Assembly (NCBI GenBank): GCA_043228905.1 | Contig: JBHGNT010000016.1 | Coordinates: 16,058,001 to 16,122,000 of the forward strand | Direction of reading: 5' to 3' | Length of the DNA: 64,000 nucleotides | Source: Azolla caroliniana | Lineage: Eukaryota > Plantae > Polypodiophyta | Shown: piece after piece, positions 60,107 to 64,000 of the stretch | How the letters are laid out: every line of letters starts with the position of its first letter | Numbering within the stretch: the stretch's first letter is position 1 | Notes under the pieces: generated by a model | The model's input: the letters and a program-made list of their open reading frames with translations, nothing else | Database searches by the model: none | Told to the model about the DNA's origin: nothing | Made by a program: the position numbers and the translations under genes

Positions 60107-62432
60107 CCGCTTAGTTTCAAATTCTTGGCCCCGTATATTGAGCTATCCTCTTAATTTTGTAGGCTTCTACAACTCATGCGAATAGAAATAGTAAATCCTT
60201 CTTTCAACATGAACCTTTACTTATATCCCCAATGCCTTTAGTGTCAACAAAATGTTCACAAGTTTGTCCATCTATCTACATGCCCTCATTTGGTCGATTG
60301 AAGTTCAGATATTGCCTCACTTGTAGACAAAATTTGAACCCTTGACCTTTCCAAGCGCTTGCCAGCTGAGCTACTTTTTGTTGTTTTAGGCTCATCTTGT
60401 CTCATGACCTTCTACTCATGCTTTTATCCTATCCTTACTGCTTTCATATATATAGAGTTTCGATGCATTTTCTCCCATACCACATCATAAGAATGCTACA
60501 TTATTATTAAATCTTATCCATAGTGTATAGAATATAAGTAATAGTACATCCTTGTCATTGACCCTTTCAATGTAAGATAAAGTACTATTTGATTTCAATG
60601 TTTAACAAATAGTGTTTCTTTGAGGAGGATATAAAGTGAGCTTCTAAAGATGTTGAAATGACTAAATATATATTAATACAAATCTTGTGGTAAAGACTTT
60701 GATTGGTCAAGTAAAGAAAACCATAAAAGTTACAAACATACACCTACAATAGGGTATGAGGCAAAACTTGAAGGTTGTCATGGGTTGAATGTGACAAAAA
60801 AATCAATAGTTCAAATTATTCTATGTAAAGATAAAGATGCCTCATAACCTTGGCTTTGAAAATGAACCAAATAATGGAGAAGCAAGAAGGATAATAAAAA
60901 TCAATATGCACAAAAGGACTAAAAGAATGAAAAGTTTTCTACGTGAATTGTCTTGAACACAAGGACATTATGACTAATTTACAAGTTCTAATATACTTAG
61001 CACGTAGTCAATGCACGAAGATCGACCAATACATAAAGTGTGTGTGTTGTATGATGACAATGGTTATGGAGAGTTTGAGCTATGACTATAGCCATCGAAT
61101 GCTTCATGCCATCAGGAATGCCTGATGTTGTTGCATCACTAACACCTTTCTAATTATATTCACATCCATAATCCACGTTGTTGCCACGACACCTACAAAT
61201 AGGAGTCAACAACACTCTTCTTACAGGAGTTCCTTTTTCTACAACAATATCTCAATTCTACAAGCATTGAACAAGTAGGATACGTTTATGATTGACGCAC
61301 TAGCATGTACTCCACCCATTATTCCCTATTTCTGATAACTTGACAATGACGACATTTAGTCACATTAATCATTAATATCGAATTTGTAGTTACCCCAAAA
61401 TGATTTCCACATAGGTAGTATCTCGTTACTTTCTTGTGCACTCAAAAGAGTCTAAATCTCAAATAGTTATGTTCGTGACATATGAACCATTATTGTGTAG
61501 AAGAAAATCACCTACTAACAAATGAATACGGCAATTTCAACGAAGGGGATTGTCACTCATATATCTTGAGGTATGTTCAAGTCTTGTTTACTTGCATGTT
61601 TGACCTATAGTAGGTTACCATTTTGGCTTTGTAAATTGTGACTTATTGCCAATAGATTTTTGCAATAATTCAACAAAATTAAGGAGTGAACAAAGTTTGT
61701 ACATGGAAAAGGGATGCTCAAAATTGCACTTTTGCTATTTGTGAAAACATTATTGCACACGTAAGTAACTGATGTTAAAACATTATTTGCCCAAAGTTCT
61801 AATTTGGTAGTATGTCAAGACTTTATCTTTCACATTATTGCATTAGAGCTCCTTATACAAATAAAATAGTAAATCTTTGTTTGTGCATGCACATTTACTG
61901 ATCTCCACAATGCCCCTAGTGTGAGTTAAATGGCAATAATCATGTCCATCCACATGTGACGCCCTCATTTGACCGATTCAAATCCACTGATTGCCTTGCT
62001 TGCTATCTTGCTATATCTTTTTATTGTTGAAGGTCCCATGCTATCTCGAGGACCTTGTAGTCTTGTGCTATCATTTAGGACTCCATATATCTAGAGTTTT
62101 GATGCCTTTTCTGCTATCATTGCTAATTCTGATTTTCAGGTTTGATCTATATGATTAAGGTATAAAATATAACTTATAAGTAATATTATATCGATGTGAT
62201 TGACTCGTAATGGATTTCAATTTTTTTGATTGATAACATTTTAAAATCTCAGATTTAACAACTTTGCGAAAGATATCAAAGTTGGCCAAACAATGTTTTA
62301 GGTCACTTCCAAAGTTGTTAAAAATGATTTAGATGTTATATTAATACAACCCCCATGCCCCCATGAACAAGTCTTGGGAGTCAAGCAAGCCATAAAAGTC
62401 ACAGAGATAAAAATATAATATCAATAATAAAT

Positions 62433-62495
<63 letters not shown>

Positions 62496-62631
62496 GGGAC
62501 ATCATTTTGGATCGCCATTGTCATTGTCAACATTTTTGAAGATGAAACATCACTGTCCGCAACTTTTACTGAAACATGTGGGTTATATATAGACCATTCA
62601 TTACACATGTGTGTGATATATAGAAGAGGGT
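60107..62631 (+). repeat. Upstream part of segmental duplication unit 2
   Basis: Collinear with 49378-52174; (GA)n at about 62437-62494. Confidence 0.88.
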
Positions 62632-64000
62632 ATGGTGATGGAGAGCTTGGCTACTAATAATAGTGAGGATTACCATGGCGACCTACTTCATGTCGTTTGT
62701 AGGGCATCCTCCTCCTCCTCCTCCTTCTGCTGGTGCTGCATCATGGCCACGTGCTTACTCATATTATTACCAACATCCATTCCTCACGTTGCTGCCTTGT
62801 CTGAGGACTTCTCCTATAACCTCCCCTCCTCCAACGTGAACGGCAGCGTCTTCTCCTATTCCAATGATAACGTGTTCGACATCTTGCAAAACGATCCTGT
62901 GACCAGTCTACTCTCCTGCAACAACGACTCTATTCTAGAAGCATTGAGTAGCCAGGAGAGGCTGTATGGTCGTTCAGCTGGCGTTTCCTCCTTCAACTCT
63001 GTCTTCTTCGAGCTCTACTTCGTCATCTCCGCGGATGAGATTTGCACAAGAAACAACGCCAGCACCCCATCCTACTATCTCTCCCTTCTCGCCTACAATG
63101 AATACAGTGCACAACAGGACTTGAACAGAGCAAAAGTCGTGTGGACGGCCAACGCCGGCAACCCTGTCGGCGAGAATGCCTGCCTCCACTTCAGTCCTAA
63201 TGATAGCAATCTACGGCTCGTGGATTACGACAGGAACGGGTTGGATAACGTGGTGTGGCAGACGAATACGTCCGGTCATATCAATGCATCCCTGATCATC
63301 ACCTATGAAGGAAACATGGTCCTCTTCACTACCGACTCTACTACACTCCAACAGCAGATACTGTGGCAATCTTATGACCATCCCACCGACACACTCATGG
63401 TCTTGCAAGCTCTTGGATCCGGGATGAATCTCACCACCTCCACCACGGAATCCGGAAATAGCAACAAAACGGCCACATTCACGCTCCTGATGGAGGAGGA
63501 TGGAGCCCTTGCACTCTATGCCAAGTTTCAATACAAATCCTTCAATAATTCTATTTCTAATAGTACTATAAATTATGGCATGTATAATTATTGGTCTCTG
63601 CCTCTTAGTGGTACACGAGAATCCAATGGCCCCTATAATTATGCAGCAGCAGCAGCAGCAGCAGCATTGTGCTGGTATCCGGAGAATCCAAGGAGTCTCC
63701 AATTGGATATTGTTCAACCAACAATCAACGGGTTAGTAAGAATTTGCAATCAATTCCCTCCAGCTAGAATCCCATTGATATATAGATTTCGACCTTTTTT
63801 TTATCAAAATTATACAGATCTGAAGGAATTTCAAAATACAACCAAATCTCGCCGCAGGCCTGCAGCAGGCGCGTTAGTGAATCACAGAATGTATCAATTA
63901 TGTTCGCGGATAAACAAGGGACCATCTTCAACATAACATATGCCACATTCCTCCGGCTGGAGAGTGATGGAGACCTTCAGGCGTACACACTCAGCGTTAC
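62632..64000 (+). pseudogene. Paralogous G-type lectin receptor kinase, frameshifted near 63795 (stop at 63936); runs off the window
   Basis: Highly similar to the 52175 gene; CCT+T7+ATC versus CCTG+T7+ATC is a 1-bp loss; similarity (TFLRLESDGDL) continues in another frame. Confidence 0.8.

Overview
Non-seed-plant-like (probably bryophyte or lycophyte; inferred from the TE lineages) eukaryotic DNA. Bases 1-49,000 are a nested transposon pile: a LINE split by a full-length Copia (324-6290), a small minus-strand Gypsy with 160-bp LTRs (8578-13135), a decayed Tcn1-like Gypsy, three to four members of one Athila/Selgy-like Gypsy group (family A, B and a related LTR), a Sola1-like DNA transposon split by a non-autonomous tRNA-Trp-primed LTR element (31416-46079), and, inside that, a young near-intact Gypsy (element A, 33302-43081). 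Bases 49,400-64,000 hold a tandem duplication of an intronless G-type lectin receptor kinase; the second copy is frameshifted. Main candidate for a new system: element A has no polypurine tract next to its 3' LTR. It carries a copy of the tRNA-Arg(UCU) 3' end there instead (a second, inverted primer-binding site), in addition to the tRNA-Arg(UCG)-type PBS at its 5' LTR. It also has an ~870-codon extra ORF and a conserved central A-tract. This suggests an LTR retrotransposon that primes both DNA strands with tRNA. Coordinates and difference counts were read by eye; tRNA and lineage assignments are from recalled sequences and need database confirmation.
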